Assembly: GCA_002269645.1 (NCBI GenBank)
Contig: NIVC01002263.1
Coordinates: 124,500 to 188,499 of the forward strand
DNA length: 64,000 nucleotides
Reading direction: 5' to 3'
DNA from: Macrostomum lignano
Lineage: Eukaryota
Part shown: piece by piece, positions 1 to 21,565 of the stretch
Layout: each line of letters begins with the position of its first letter
How positions within the stretch are numbered: the stretch's first letter is position 1
Position numbers and translations under genes: made by a program
The notes under the pieces: model-generated
The model's database searches: none
What the model saw: the letters and a program-made list of their open reading frames with translations, nothing else
What the model was told of the DNA's origin: nothing

Positions 1-76
1 ATTCAGCAATTGGTCGATTGGGAAAAAATTTTTGGGCGACTTACTAACGGGAACTCCAACCTGCATTCTTTTCCAG

Positions 77-259
77 GCCGACGTGCATGAAAGGGACATT
101 GTGGTTTCACCAACAAAAGCAAACGAAGCATTCATACAAGCTGAATGGCCTATTTATGGTTGGCAATACACTGACAGAGCAATGCGATTCATAGAATCCA
201 TTAGCTACAGGAGCTGGGACCTGGATCGGGACAGTTGGCGGCTCATTTTGTCGAAATAA
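77..259 (+). CDS. Possible terminal coding exon of a gene starting before the window (unidentified product)
   Basis: Pyrimidine-rich acceptor (ttcttttccag|) at 76, then an open frame ADVHERDIVV...WRLILSK to a stop at 259. No family recognised. Confidence 0.3.
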   Translation, partial: ADVHERDIVVSPTKANEAFIQAEWPIYGWQYTDRAMRFIESISYRSWDLDRDSWRLILSK

Positions 260-545
260 AATGGAAGAACATAGATGTGTAATGCATATTCAGCACCCGG
301 CTCTGCCCAGTCTTAGGTTTGAAACCTCTGTCTGCTGTCTGTACTCGTAGCTGAGGCTTCTTACAAGCCCGGCTTCGTAGCAGTGCCGATTGATGTCAGA
401 TTTTTGTGGCTATATTGCACACAGCTCTATGCTGCCTGAGTATTTTAATGGAGCTTAGGTCTCTATAAACTCAAGGGCTTCAGACGAAATGAGGAGCTGA
501 GTGACTGAGCGTTATAGCTGTTAAATAGTTTATCGAATATTTGTC

Positions 546-897
<352 letters not shown>

Positions 898-1897
898 AGA
901 TGGCTTTCTGTTTCAATCTTGTCCATCAATCTGAATTTGATTTGATTTAAAAGAAACCATTTAGCCGCAGAATTTCGCACCGCTAGACTGACGCTTCCTC
1001 TGTTTTTCTAGCCGCAACAGGTGGTTTGCTTTTCCTGATCATCTCTCAGCTCGAATTCGGCCGATTCCGACCTGCGGTTCAAAGCCTCTCTGGCCAACTT
1101 AATTTTGCTTCTTGTCTGCGTATCTTAGAGCTTGGTGGTAGAATTTCACCGAAATTAATGCTAGGCAAGATTGCTCGTGCGCTCATGGTTTCAGAATTTC
1201 ACAGCCTCGTGTTAGCGCCTTCTTCAATGGATGACAGGCAGGTACTCCTTGGGCATGATTAGTAACATTATCCAGCCACTTGATGCAATCGCAGTAACAA
1301 ACGAAAGAGAATCAAATTGCAACAGAGAGATCTGAGAGCGCAGAAACCCTAAGGCGAGATAATTTGAATTTGACTCCCTGCTCACAACGCTTGTTTTTCG
1401 ACTTAATCCTAATCTTCTCCCCATAGCTACGCGGAACGATTTTTATGCTAAAAAAATCCTCAGCCGGAGATAAGGCGACCAAACTCCGCCTCTCATCTCC
1501 GGTAGGCTTCTGCATGAGCTCTGGGCTTCTCTGGCGGTGTGGGATGAAGGCAAACGAAAGGCCCACCGTCGCGTAAGTCTGTCGCCTAGTGGGCAAAGAA
1601 ACGAAGAAGTGAGGATTAGGAATAGAATCAGCCCCTTAGCTGGAAGAAGAATCTACGCCCCCGATCGCTATTGGCTGATGGTTCAGTCTAGGATTGAACG
1701 AGCGGCAGGGTCTGCTGGATTTTGTTGGAAAGTGAAAATAAATTTGATGGCGATTCTATAGGACCAGGCCAGACAGGCACACAATAGCGCCCAGATAGGA
1801 AGTTACTTGTAACATGCAAACTATCGAGTTCGAAGTCTTGCAAACAACTATCTTGGCAACTCTACTACAGTAAGCTGAAACAAAGGCAGCAATTATC

Positions 1898-4114
1898 ATG
1901 GTACGTCGCAGGACCCTCTACAGACAAGGCCACCCGTGGCAGCGTACAATGCGTCAGCACAACATCCTGTTTTTCCGGCGCATGTTCGCATTGTTCTCGA
2001 AGGCTTCATTGCACGGCGTGAATCGCGTTTGCGTCTCGGACACCTGCTGCCGGCCCAACCAGATGGTCTGGATGTGCATATTGCTGATCGCAACTCTCGG
2101 CCTGTGCGTGCACATTTATAGCGAGGCCTACGAATATCAACAGTACCCCGTGTCAAGCAGCTCGCGAATGGAGCTCAATGGTTTTGTATTCCCTTCCGTG
2201 ACATTCTGCAATCCTGAGAATCCAATCAAGACTCGTGAGGTAAATTTTAGCGAAATCGGTGGAGCGAATGACAAAATTCAGGTGCTCAGTGGAGTCTGGT
2301 ACGACCCGAAGGTGCGACCGCTGTACCGGTATGAGCACTACATGAACTTCTCCAGAATCGGTTCATTTCCACAGGACAGCATCATTTACTGTCGGTACAA
2401 CAGGCGCACATGCTGGGCAGAAAACTTCACCATCACATTTGACAGGGCGTACGGCAACTGCTTCACTTTCCAGCCAAACGAGCGCCACATTCGCCGTCCA
2501 GACATGGAATTTGGTCTCATTTTAATCCTCTACAACCCGGCCGCCGACATGGAGCTGGAGAAGGCGGGGAGAGTCGGCAAGATGGGCTACAAGATGCGGC
2601 CTCAGGAAATGGCATTTGACACAGAGAGCTTTCTAGTAAACTTCCATGCCAGCGGCACGATTCCGCACCCATTGGAAAACTCCTACGCAGCTTCCATGGG
2701 CATGGTGACTACGCTGGCCCTGGAGCAGATGAACACGTCGCTAGTAAGCACGCCCAACAGTCCATGCCAGAAGAGGCACCAAGTCCCCATGTATGACTCG
2801 CTGCTTCGCAGGGTTACCAATTACACCGATACCCTCTACGATTGTGCACGATGGCGCGACACTCTTAATATGCATCAGGCCTGCGGCTGTGTACCGGAGG
2901 GCCTTGTGCGACTCACCGACTTTCCAAACAAAAGCGCCATACCTTACTGCCACCTCGTTGTCAGGCCCGACGAAGTTGGTAACAAGACCGAGTTTATTAA
3001 TTTCGTCAAGCCGAAACTGCTAGTCGACCAGCACAACGTCTCGTTGGAGGATATGCAAGCACTTTATCCTAAAGTCTATAATCGGTACCAATCTTTTGTT
3101 TGCTATCACAACACAGACTTGCACCCGGACCTAACCTGTCAGGACATGTGCCAGACTGAGTCCTACTCAGCCATCCTGTCGTCTGGCCGATGGCCGCATC
3201 CGTCTGACACAGACAGCGATGACTACATCAAGCAGGCCATCGAGATCTCCATACTGTTGCAGGACTACTTGAATGATCACGGCAACGAAAGCCTGCTAGC
3301 AAAGAGTCTGACACTGCGCAACCTGAGCCTGGCCTCCTGTCACACGGAGCTGACTCATGTAGATATCGACACTCCCAATCGGCGCTCCACCCCCAAAATT
3401 CAAGCTGCGCTGAAAAATTGCCGCAAAGTGCACGCATTTGTCAGCAAGCACTTTCTTCTAATAAAGGTCTACCCACAGACGCTGACGGTGAAGTTCCTGA
3501 CGGTAGAGCGCAGCTTCATGATGCCGCAGCTGCTCTCCCGCATTGGTGGATCTCTCGGTCTATGGATTGGCACCTCTCTGATTACGTTTTTCGAATGCTT
3601 AGAGATCATTCTTACGCTAGTAAATTACTTAGTGGCCAAGATTCTCCACGTGGCGCTCTACCATCGGGACAAAAACCAGCCCAGATGTGCCGGCAGCTGC
3701 CCGTACGCTGGCCGTCAAGCTCAGCTGCGAAACGGCAGATCAGCAATCGGAGCAGAAGCAGAAACAGAAGCAGCAGATGAAGCCACTGATTCGGCCTCCT
3801 TCGCTAACGCTACGGCATCGGGTTCGTCTGGTACCGCAGGCATCGAGGCTACTGCCGGGTCATATCGCCGAGTTAAGGAAGACGATGGCTCGGCTCAGGA
3901 CTCGGACAGCGACTGCGTGACGGAAGCTTTCCTAGACAATCTCTACGAGAGTCGCACGTCTGATTACTGGATTATGAACAGTTCAAATACTACTCCGCTT
4001 CCCAGTTTTTGTGTGTCGTCTACTTTCGACTTCTGCAGAAAGAAGTGCAGTTTGGTATTCGGTAATCTTACTCTTACTGGTCAAAGGGTGATGCTTGCAT
4101 ATTGTAAATTTTAA
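1898..4114 (+). CDS. DEG/ENaC/ASIC-family (amiloride-sensitive-type) channel subunit, single ORF
   Basis: 738-aa ORF with the pre-TM1 HG motif (SLHGVNRV), TM1, FPSVTFCN, YGNCFTF, a Cys-rich thumb (CGC...C), and TM2 LLSRIGGSLGLWIGTSLITFFECLE with the G-x-S filter. The true start could be a downstream ATG. Confidence 0.93.
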   Translation: MVRRRTLYRQGHPWQRTMRQHNILFFRRMFALFSKASLHGVNRVCVSDTCCRPNQMVWMCILLIATLGLCVHIYSEAYEYQQYPVSSSSRMELNGFVFPSVTFCNPENPIKTREVNFSEIGGANDKIQVLSGVWYDPKVRPLYRYEHYMNFSRIGSFPQDSIIYCRYNRRTCWAENFTITFDRAYGNCFTFQPNERHIRRPDMEFGLILILYNPAADMELEKAGRVGKMGYKMRPQEMAFDTESFLVNFHASGTIPHPLENSYAASMGMVTTLALEQMNTSLVSTPNSPCQKRHQVPMYDSLLRRVTNYTDTLYDCARWRDTLNMHQACGCVPEGLVRLTDFPNKSAIPYCHLVVRPDEVGNKTEFINFVKPKLLVDQHNVSLEDMQALYPKVYNRYQSFVCYHNTDLHPDLTCQDMCQTESYSAILSSGRWPHPSDTDSDDYIKQAIEISILLQDYLNDHGNESLLAKSLTLRNLSLASCHTELTHVDIDTPNRRSTPKIQAALKNCRKVHAFVSKHFLLIKVYPQTLTVKFLTVERSFMMPQLLSRIGGSLGLWIGTSLITFFECLEIILTLVNYLVAKILHVALYHRDKNQPRCAGSCPYAGRQAQLRNGRSAIGAEAETEAADEATDSASFANATASGSSGTAGIEATAGSYRRVKEDDGSAQDSDSDCVTEAFLDNLYESRTSDYWIMNSSNTTPLPSFCVSSTFDFCRKKCSLVFGNLTLTGQRVMLAYCKF

Positions 4115-4653
4115 CTAATTTTATCAGATACCAGTATTTCTGTACAGGCAGACATCGCGCCTTTTCGACCCAAACCTTAGCCGCGTATCAGCTGCTTCTG
4201 CTGCCCGACCCCATTGTTCAAAGATAAATTGCCAGGCCTCTATTACGCTTGTGAAATCGAGTAGTGCATGGACACCCCATAACCTGCGCAGTTTCACGAA
4301 GGTTGTGCCTAATGGGGCATCGTAAAATTTATTATTTTTTGCAGAGGAGATAATGTTATTTATTCATTTTACTTGCTTATGGCTATTCCCCGTGCGTTAA
4401 AAGTACCTCAAAGCTTCACCGAGATAGACTACGAGTATGCTTATTGGATTTTGCTTGTCACAATGGAAAATTGACAAAAAAATATTAGCCTATTAACATT
4501 GCATGTAAATCTTTTTTATAATAATTTTCCTACATCTAACCAAACGCTGAAATGGTTGGCACCAGAAATGGACTAAAAGAGTAATTCTTATTAGGAAAAG
4601 AATTAAACCTGGTGACAGGTGACAGAAGAGAGCTGAGAAGAGACACAAACCTT

Positions 4654-4757
4654 GAGCGGGCCGGATTGCTATTGTGAATTTCAAAGGACCGAGGGCCGGT
4701 TAGAGAGGCTTTGCGGGCCGCATGTGGCCCACAGGCCGGAGTTGGCCGACCCCAGCC
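4654..4757. mobile_element. Probable terminal fragment of a hAT-type non-autonomous DNA transposon
   Basis: gcgggccgcatgtggcccacaggccggagttggccgacccc resembles the palindromic subterminal/terminal motif of hAT/Charlie-like MITEs as I remember them. No partner end or TSD found. Confidence 0.3.
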
Positions 4758-6093
4758 GTAGAGGCACAGAGATGGCCGGACAGATACGCAATATTTTAGT
4801 CTGCTATTTTGTTCCGTCCGTCAAAACTCCGATGCAACTACGAGAATCCCGCGGGGAGCCAGTAAAGACGGCAAGTACCTTCCTACAGCGTTCCGGTGTC
4901 AGCCATCTAGCCCCCCCCCCGTCAAGGCAGAACCGGAGCGCAACTCAATGTGAAGGAAATTCCTCATAATGCCTCAGACCCTCATCCGTCACTAAAACCC
5001 GAGGATCTGCTGCCGAGGGAACATCGCGCGTAGAACTTTCCGAAGGAAATGGGACATCGGGGACTGAAAAATAGCGATAATGTCTTGTTTGCGTGTCAGA
5101 AATCCCTGCCTCATGTCCGGCATCTCAGCTGAGCGATTTCTCATTGCCTCACGTGTAGAACTCTGCCTGGGACTGTGGGCCAACTCAACCGTGCCCCGTG
5201 AGTAAATCTGACTGTGCTCAGCTGGCTTGCATTGCCGACATTGGAGACAGACACACTGAGGACCTGGAAATTTGATGCGTTCCTTTTTAACCAGAGGCGC
5301 TCAACGGCTGCTTCGACTTAATCAGACTCTTCGGGGGCAGGGGGAGGGGCGCAGGCGGCTGTACACGCTTCGCAGCCTTCTACTCGGCTTCTGTAGCAGC
5401 CCGCCCCGCCGCCTCATCGGGTTTTCAGCTGTCTTTGCTGCGTCTTTTGGAGAGGAAAAGACTTATAAGAAGAAAAGAATCTTGCAAGAGAGGGATGATC
5501 AAGTACACGCTCGTAGAAGGGGAGGCAATTCAGGGAGGCGAGTTGCGCGAAATTGCAGGAGCCGCACTTCTTCTCCAGCCGGCTGGCAGTCCGCAGATTA
5601 AACGGGAATTAGAGAAATAGAAAAGAAAATATGAAAGACAAATTGGTCGTGCTGCTCGCGGGGGCAGATTTATGAGAACTTCGACTGTACGGTGCAAAAC
5701 CTTTCTGAATTCCTGGCTCAAGCCTGTCCAGCTGATAAATCTTGCTTGCTACGCCACTTCACTCGCTTAAGAGGGGGTATTGAAACAGTTTTAGATTGGG
5801 ATTTTATGATTGAGAAAGGGTGGGATCAGTTCAGCAGTGAGTTTGTTTTGTGTTAGCCTGCTCAGCTCAGGTCACCGGTAGGCTGAGCAGGCTGTCCAGA
5901 CCCTAGAGAGGGCGAGACAAATTTAATATTTATCATATTGAGGCGCTGTGGAAGAAAAAATAAAATTTATCAATTAATTGCACCCAGACTGGGCCCAGGA
6001 GGGGACTGCGGCAAACTGTGCGTCCTCTCGTATAGAAGCCAGTGCAGTAAGTCTATAGAGCGCACTTACTACTAATGAGATTCTGGGTACGTA

Positions 6094-6335
6094 CGGGTCC
6101 ATGAGAAATGCCCGCAGACGAATTGCCCGCCGAGATTTGCCCGCGAGTGAATTGGCAAACCTCGGCGGGAAGAAACTCCGCGGGCAATCCACTCGCGGGA
6201 AAATTGCACTGCGGGAAAATCTCGGCGGGAAAAGCTCGGCGGGCAAATCTCCACGGGCAAATTGCACTGCGGGCAAAATGCACTGCGGGCAATTCTCGGC
6301 GGGCAATTCGTCTGCGGGCATTTCTCGTGCTCCCG
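6094..6335. mobile_element. Foldback/MITE-like element with terminal inverted repeats and ~15-bp internal subrepeats
   Basis: gagaaatgcccgcagacgaattgcccgccgaga (6103-6135) is the exact reverse complement of the segment ending at 6326. The interior is built from degenerate ..gcgggcaaat../..gcgggaaaat.. units. Confidence 0.75.
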
Positions 6336-8480
6336 ATACTCCTGACTATACTCCTGAATGATCAATATATGTCGCTCGTAGAACCATCTACAATAAACCA
6401 ATGAAGAAACCTTGTGCGATGCTTGTGCAAGAAAACTACCAGATGCCTTGTTCGCCTAGGGTTCGACATAAAAGCAAAACTTTAACATATTATGGAGCGC
6501 CTATCGAACTAGAATTAAATTTATGATGCTTTCCAATGCAGGAAACCAAACTCATACGTTCATGTAAGCTACGAGCGTAACTTATTTAAATGTACGACTT
6601 CTCGGTTCCACGAAGTTTTCTTGCACTTTGAAGCTTATCGAAGCTCTGACAGCAGGCAAGCAGACTTCTAATCTGCACATCTGTACATCTGCGTATCAGC
6701 GGCAGTCGCTCGGCAGACGAAGGCAGGACAGAGCAGCAGCGAAATGACTGACGCCAGATGCGGCGTAAACATGTCAGTCAACTTTAGCCGCCATCGCTCA
6801 CTCTTCAGACTCTGTCAAAAGCATTAGACAGACAAGCAAAAATGCTTTTTCCTGATGATGTCAATACACTTTCACTGGTGCTGAATGTAAGCCGAAGAAA
6901 TTTAGAGGACCTGTTAAAAGTGCAAAACATTCTTCCCATCAGTAAAGCGATTTAGTCTGAGAGACAATTCGGCCCTAACAGAAGGACTGGGAAGGCAATC
7001 AGAAGCTTAACAAAACAGGTAGGCCCAGTTTTCATCCTTCATCTATCGCCCCGAAGTAGCAAGCTGCAGTGCAGCACAGCCGGGCAAAATCTTATTAGCT
7101 CCGAGCCTCTTCAAAAACGTGTGCACTTCGAGCGATAAGCTCAAAATAATGACCCACCTCACCTGAAACGGACAAAGAGGCGTACGAGCAATAGGACTCA
7201 CTGCCCGAGCGCCTTAGTAACCAAAAATGCACTTTTAGGCTGGAGTGGCCGATAGCCTGCAGCACTTATCTATCCCAGTTTTATCACAGAAAATAATACT
7301 CAAAAACACGTGACTACGAGCGTCGTAAGCAAATTGTAAGCAACGGCAAAACTCAATTATTGTTGCTGGGGCTGGTCCCGATTAGCAAGACCGACAGTCC
7401 TGGCTTGTACTCGGAGGCAGGCACATCATTGTAACTTCTTCTTTCCGTCTCCTTCCATTCGTCACCTGCCGCTGTGCGTCCGAATATTTTATCGAGTTTT
7501 CGATCTTCCCCTATTTTTTTATTGTCAGGCCTTATTGTCCGAGCTTTTTTTCTGCTATTATCGTGAAGAAAACTTTTGTTGATTTACGAGATGCACTGTC
7601 AAACCCGTGAGGCGATTTCAGGGGCTTTGAGCGACAAGAATTTCGCGCATGTCCTCCCGTGTTTGCTCCCTTCCACTTCCGCTGCAGATGCTCCCTATAG
7701 AGCCGGAGCTCCTCTCCCCTATCTCTCTCACCTTGCAGCTCTTTTTCGTTCTCCATTTCTCGCTTTATTTTGAACTCATTGCGTTTTTTATGGAACTTTA
7801 AGGCGCAGCTGCAGAGCTTCAGACGATGCAGAATTAGCCTCAGGCTCTGGACAAAGTGGAATGGGAGCTAGTGTCACACTAGGCTGTTTGAGAGTGGAAA
7901 CCAGGCTAATTTAGACTTTGGTCTCCCTCTGAAGATCTTAGAGTTTATTACGAACTCTTGCGAGGGCGCCCATCGCCCTAAGATTAAGGGATTGCCGACT
8001 AGGCAGATATAATGCAGTTAGCGGCCACTTCCCCTCGCTTCTTCCTCATTCTATATCGCTTCTCTTCCGTCTCAAAGCAGAAATTTTGTTGTTCCTAGTT
8101 TACGTCGAGTTGTGCTTTTACTCCGTGTTTACATCGAAACGTCAGAGGGCGAATTTTCTGCAGGGATTCTGCCATGCACTGCGTTACTACTTTGGTGTAC
8201 TTTAAAGTAAAGAAAACCTTGGACAGCCATTTTCTGATACAGGCAATCTGTGCATCGATTGAGCGGCGCTAAGCGACTGAAAATTTCTAATCTAAAGAGG
8301 AGTCCCGTCGAAAATCGATGCATAAATCTGCCTCAGGAGTGGCACTTCTTCAGCTGTCATTCTCCTTGACCCAGACAGTAATTCAAGAAGTCTCTTCGAC
8401 CCGGGGCTGTAGGGACTTCATAAATATTTTACTGGCAAGCTGGAAAAGTTAGGGGGCTGAGAAAGTCGGGTTCGAATCTA

Positions 8481-8903
8481 ATAGCGAAGGTACTCTGATG
8501 AGCTCGCTTGAGGTGATGTGGTGGTTTGATCTAGCGAAGGTACTCTGATGAGCTCGCTTGAGGTGATGTGGTGGTTTGATCTAGCGAAGGTACTCTGATG
8601 AGCTCGCTTGAGGTGATGTGGTGGTTTGATCTAGTGAAGGTACTCTGATGAGCTCGCTTGAGGTGATGTGGTGGTTTGATCTAGCGAAGGTACTCTGATG
8701 AGCTCGCTTGAGGTGATGTGGTGGTTTAATCTAGCGAAGGTACTCTGATGAGCTCGCTTGAGGTGATGTGGTGGTTGGATCTAGCGAAGGTACTCTGATG
8801 AGCTCGCTTGAGGTGATGTGGTGGTTTAATCTAGCGAAGGTACTCTGATGAGCTCGCTTGAGGTGATGTGGTGGTTGGATCTAGCGAAGGTACTCTGATG
8901 AGC
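8481..8903. repeat. 50-bp tandem repeat, about 8.5 copies
   Basis: Unit ctagcgaaggtactctgatgagctcgcttgaggtgatgtggtggtttgat repeats with exact 50-bp period and few substitutions. Confidence 0.97.
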
Positions 8904-10264
8904 AAATTGAGTCTATTTTATTTACAGAACTCGTTGGTTGAGCAGAGCGTGCTAAATTCTAAAGAAATGCCGTCAAAAGTTGCATACTTTTTAATGTGCT
9001 ATACTCCAACGCTGCCAGCAAAGTCATCGGTAAAATTTTCTTTCGCGATAAAGCAACCATTTTATCGCAAAGCGCAAGCGACTAATTAATAAAAAATTCA
9101 CGTCTCACAAAATAATTGCCTAAGTTTTTTATATGAATACAAACGCTTTTATGCCCACAAAGCCTTAATGAGCTCGCCAACAGATGAAGTACTGGGAGGA
9201 GTCACTGAGCCATGAGGGCCCTCGACCATCTCCTGAGGGAAGCCTGAGGCGTGCCCAGTTTTAATTTATATAATGTCACTCTCGAGTGGCTTGACGCATA
9301 AAAATTAACTTGAAAGTCTGATTTCGATCTCTTTTTATCGATTTCTTGGCTTCGCTAAGTTCAGAGTAAAATGAAAACTAAGATAAAGTTTGATTGGCTT
9401 GAATAGTGCATTATAGTATCGTCTGGTGTTGCCAAGTAGGACAGGGATCTTAAATTCGGAGTCATACAACATTAGGCTGCTAATCCACTCCCACTAGGTT
9501 CTTCGGTGGGCTGCTACTCCACTCCCACTAGGCTATTCAAAGGGCTGCCACCCGCCGTTGAAGTTGCTTCACATTCTACACTAGAAGATGCGCTTACAGC
9601 GTTACTTTTAGTAAGATATTTCTCTAATCGATCACATACCTAGATAGATATCGACAGACCATTTTTAGTATATGGATTTTGCACTTGAATAGCCAAATAT
9701 TTTTACCCAGTGTAAGGTCGATAGGACGAGAATAAAATGGCTCTCTAGGTGGAAATACTTTGACTGTGTTTACAAAACGGACTCCAGTCTGCTGCAGTTA
9801 TAAGCGCCAGTCTTTGCTTTGGTTGCTATGGGCAACCCTGAACGCGGGAGGAAGTGCAATTTCCGAGAGGGCCACCTATTCTGCGGCAGGCAGCTGTGTG
9901 TGCTCAGCTAGGGTGGGGAGGCCAGAGCACAGAAATTAATTTCTCCCCTTTGGGAACTGATGAGTGAGCTGTGCAGAATGGCTTTGAGTAAGTACACAAT
10001 AGGGCAAGGCGAGTCTCTGCCTGGAATTAGGTCTCGTGAGCCACTGGCTAGGGATCGCTAGTGCCAGGGGCAGCAGCCAGGTGGAGAAAAACTAGTCATT
10101 GGTTGCATTGCAGAGGTGGGGGTCGAAGAAATGAGTTAAAAAACTCCATACGTCGACTTTGATGGCCTCTTAAAATCTCGGCGCCGTCGTTGAACTCCCA
10201 GTAATTACTACATAGAACGCGGCACTGGGATTTTCCCAACCTAGTCCTGAAGACAGGCACAGTT

Positions 10265-14983
<4,719 letters not shown>

Positions 14984-15084
14984 GGAGCTCCGACTGTGAT
15001 AGATGATAAGAGGTCAAACTTGAGATCTCAACTTGAATTGTAGTTGTGGCATCACAGATGTGGGTTCTCGGGCTGCAGGGATCT

Positions 15085-15880
15085 CAGATTGGGGTATCAG
15101 GATTGGGATATTAGGATTAGGGTATCAGCATTGGCGTATCAGCATTGGGGTATCAGGATTGGGGTATCAGCATTGGGGTATCAGCATTGGGATATCAGCA
15201 TTGGGGTATCAGCATTGGGGTATCAGCATTGGGAGATCAGCATTGGGATATCCGGATTGGGATATCAGCATTGGGGCATCAGCATTGGGAGATCAGGTTT
15301 GATATTTCCGGATTGGGATATCAACATTGGGGGTATCAGCATTGGGGTATCAGCATTGGGGTATCAGCATTGGGATATCAGCATTGGGGTATCAGCATTG
15401 GGGTATCAGCATTGGGGTATCAGCATTGGGATATCAGCATTGGGGTATCAGCATTGGGGTATCAGCATTGGGAGATCAGCATTGGGATATCCGGATTGGG
15501 ATATCAGCATTGGGGTATCAGGATTGGGAGATCAGGATTGGGATATCCGGATTGGGATTTTAGGATTGGGGTATCAGCATTGGGGTATCAGCATTGGGGT
15601 ATCAGCATTGGGATATTAGGATTGGGGTATCAGCATTGGGGTATCAGCATTGGGGTATCAGCATTGGGGTATCAGCATTGGGGTATCAGGATTGGGATAT
15701 TAGGATTGGGGTATCAGCATTGGGGTATCAGCATTGGGGTATCAGCATTGGGGTATCAGCATTGGGGTATCAGGATTGGGGTATCAGGATTGGGATCTTA
15801 GGATTGGGATATCAGGATTGTGGTATCAGGATTGGGGTATCAGGATTGGGATATCAGGATTTGGATATCAGGATTGGGAT
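15085..15880. repeat. 14-bp minisatellite (atcagcattggggt)n
   Basis: More than 50 tandem variants of atcagcattggggt / atcaggattgggat. Confidence 0.97.
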
Positions 15881-16439
15881 CTAATGGGATTTAACATTAC
15901 ATTAACAACCTGAGATGAAAAATAGCCTTTGATCACTAATTACGTGGGAGTTTCTCCCTGAAAAGCAACATTGGTATCCCAACATGCGATCCTCACTCAA
16001 AGCTACACCCAAGAAGCTTTAATCTTGAGTACACTGAAGTTTTGCAACAGTTTTAATTTATTATTTTTACATACTGCACGCAATGCAACTGATAATTAAA
16101 AAGTTTAGAAGCTATTATAATATCGTAATGTAGTTCGTACTTTCTGCCTAGACACATCAAGTTGCAGCATTCGCAGAACCAATGCCAGAATAACAATTCG
16201 TATTTGGTAAACTTAGCACCGTAAAATTAGGTTGAAATTTTATCGAGAAAATAATAATGCTTCTTCGTAACATTCGACTAAATATACATACACTCGCAGC
16301 AAGTTTAAGCAAACATTCCAATTAAGACGTCACAACACTTACGACAGTTTTAGTAAAGTTAAGGACTTAAATTTACTTAGCTGGGAGGCGTTGTCGTCCA
16401 TTCCGCTAACCCCTGGCGGCCACGGGCAGCTGGTGCTGT

Positions 16440-16700
16440 GGTGTCGTGCAGGGAGATCCGGTGGTGCCGGTGTCCGCAGCGCGGTCCCCCTCTGAAGACT
16501 CCAGAAAGTGGATGGTCGCTCGCCCGGTAGCCCTCAGGTAGCGGACGAGCTGGCGGAGATTCACGGGCCCGAAAACGTCCGATAGGTCCTGTCCTGAGTA
16601 AAGGCGCGGCATTCACAGATGAAGTTCTCCGCATTCTCAACACCGGAGAGGCAGAATCTCCCTGGAGGTGACGATGCCTGGCAAGCAGGGCTCGGGACAG
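16440..16700 (-). mobile_element. Degraded 3' end of a non-LTR retrotransposon ORF2 (C-terminal Cys/His region)
   Basis: Minus strand reads ...RFCLSGVENAENFICECRAF... and, after a frameshift, DVFGPVNLRQLVRYLRATGR. This resembles the C-terminal zinc-finger and tail of I/R1/LOA-type LINE ORF2. Confidence 0.4.
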
Positions 16701-17143
16701 TTCAGTTAATTAGCAAAATAATTTTGATTAAAGAATCAAGGACAAAAAATCTGGAAACATTTCACCGCATTTCCAAATTAAGAATTTGCTAGTACCTTGA
16801 TTGACAGGTAACTTCGACTAGTATTTGCTGGTTGAACATTATTAAACCAAGCGAAACCTTTTCTTGAAACTACAGTACACTTTTGAAATGTACGCCCCTG
16901 CCCCAGCAGGAATGTACATTGTGCAGTGCAAGGCTGTGCACAGAGCCCGCCAGTTGAATCCAGATCCGACAGCGTACAGCCGTTGCTTGAAAAACGCGTG
17001 AACGGGTTGTGCAGGGAGGGCGAGAAACAGACAGCTCTGTCAGTAAAGGGAAATGTAAGCAAAATTCCATCAATCTATAAATATTGAAAAGTTTGAGTTT
17101 CTCCAGAAAACAAGCCAAAGCAAGCGGAAGCGACCTGATATTA

Positions 17144-20951
<3,808 letters not shown>

Positions 20952-21565
20952 TTGGCCCGTAGCTTACCAAAAACTACAATTGGTGCGGATTCATTTCAAT
21001 ATTGCAACACTGTACTTTTGATTGCTCGTGTACCTGTGTAAGTCCCCAATTGTGCAACAATCAAGTTTACCTTTGATTTTCACTGTAGCTATGTAAGCAG
21101 TATTGTTCTATGCTGTTTCGAGATAATGCATTTATTTTTAATTACAATATCTGCCTTTCCTTAATTCGAAGTTGGAAGTTGTAGCAAGATCTGCTCATGT
21201 AATTGTAGTTTAGATATTTGAATATTTTTTAAACGCTATACAACACCCTGAACTCATTCTTAATTAATAACTCATGCCTTAACGATGACTATAATGAAAA
21301 TTCAATTTCAAATCTAAATGGTCCATAGAATCCAAGTCGATATATTAGTTGCTCGAAGCCTCAAGAGTGCCAAACGCAAATCATTAAAATGCTTTAGTCT
21401 ATGGCTCAACTGCAACCGCAGCTTGAACTGTCACGGCAAAGCGCAGCGGTTCGAATTGCGCGAGCAAGAGCGGCTCTGAACCATTTGTTAAACAACTAAG
21501 CGAGCGTGGCCGTCGCGGGCGGATCATCGTCATCAACCAAGTGTTGTAGTCTCAGGCAGAAAAGA

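Noticed and set aside
8481-8903. Tandem hammerhead ribozymes (CUGAUGAG ... CGAA)
   Set aside because: GAAG replaces the required GAAA, and I could not form stem I around any candidate cleavage triplet.
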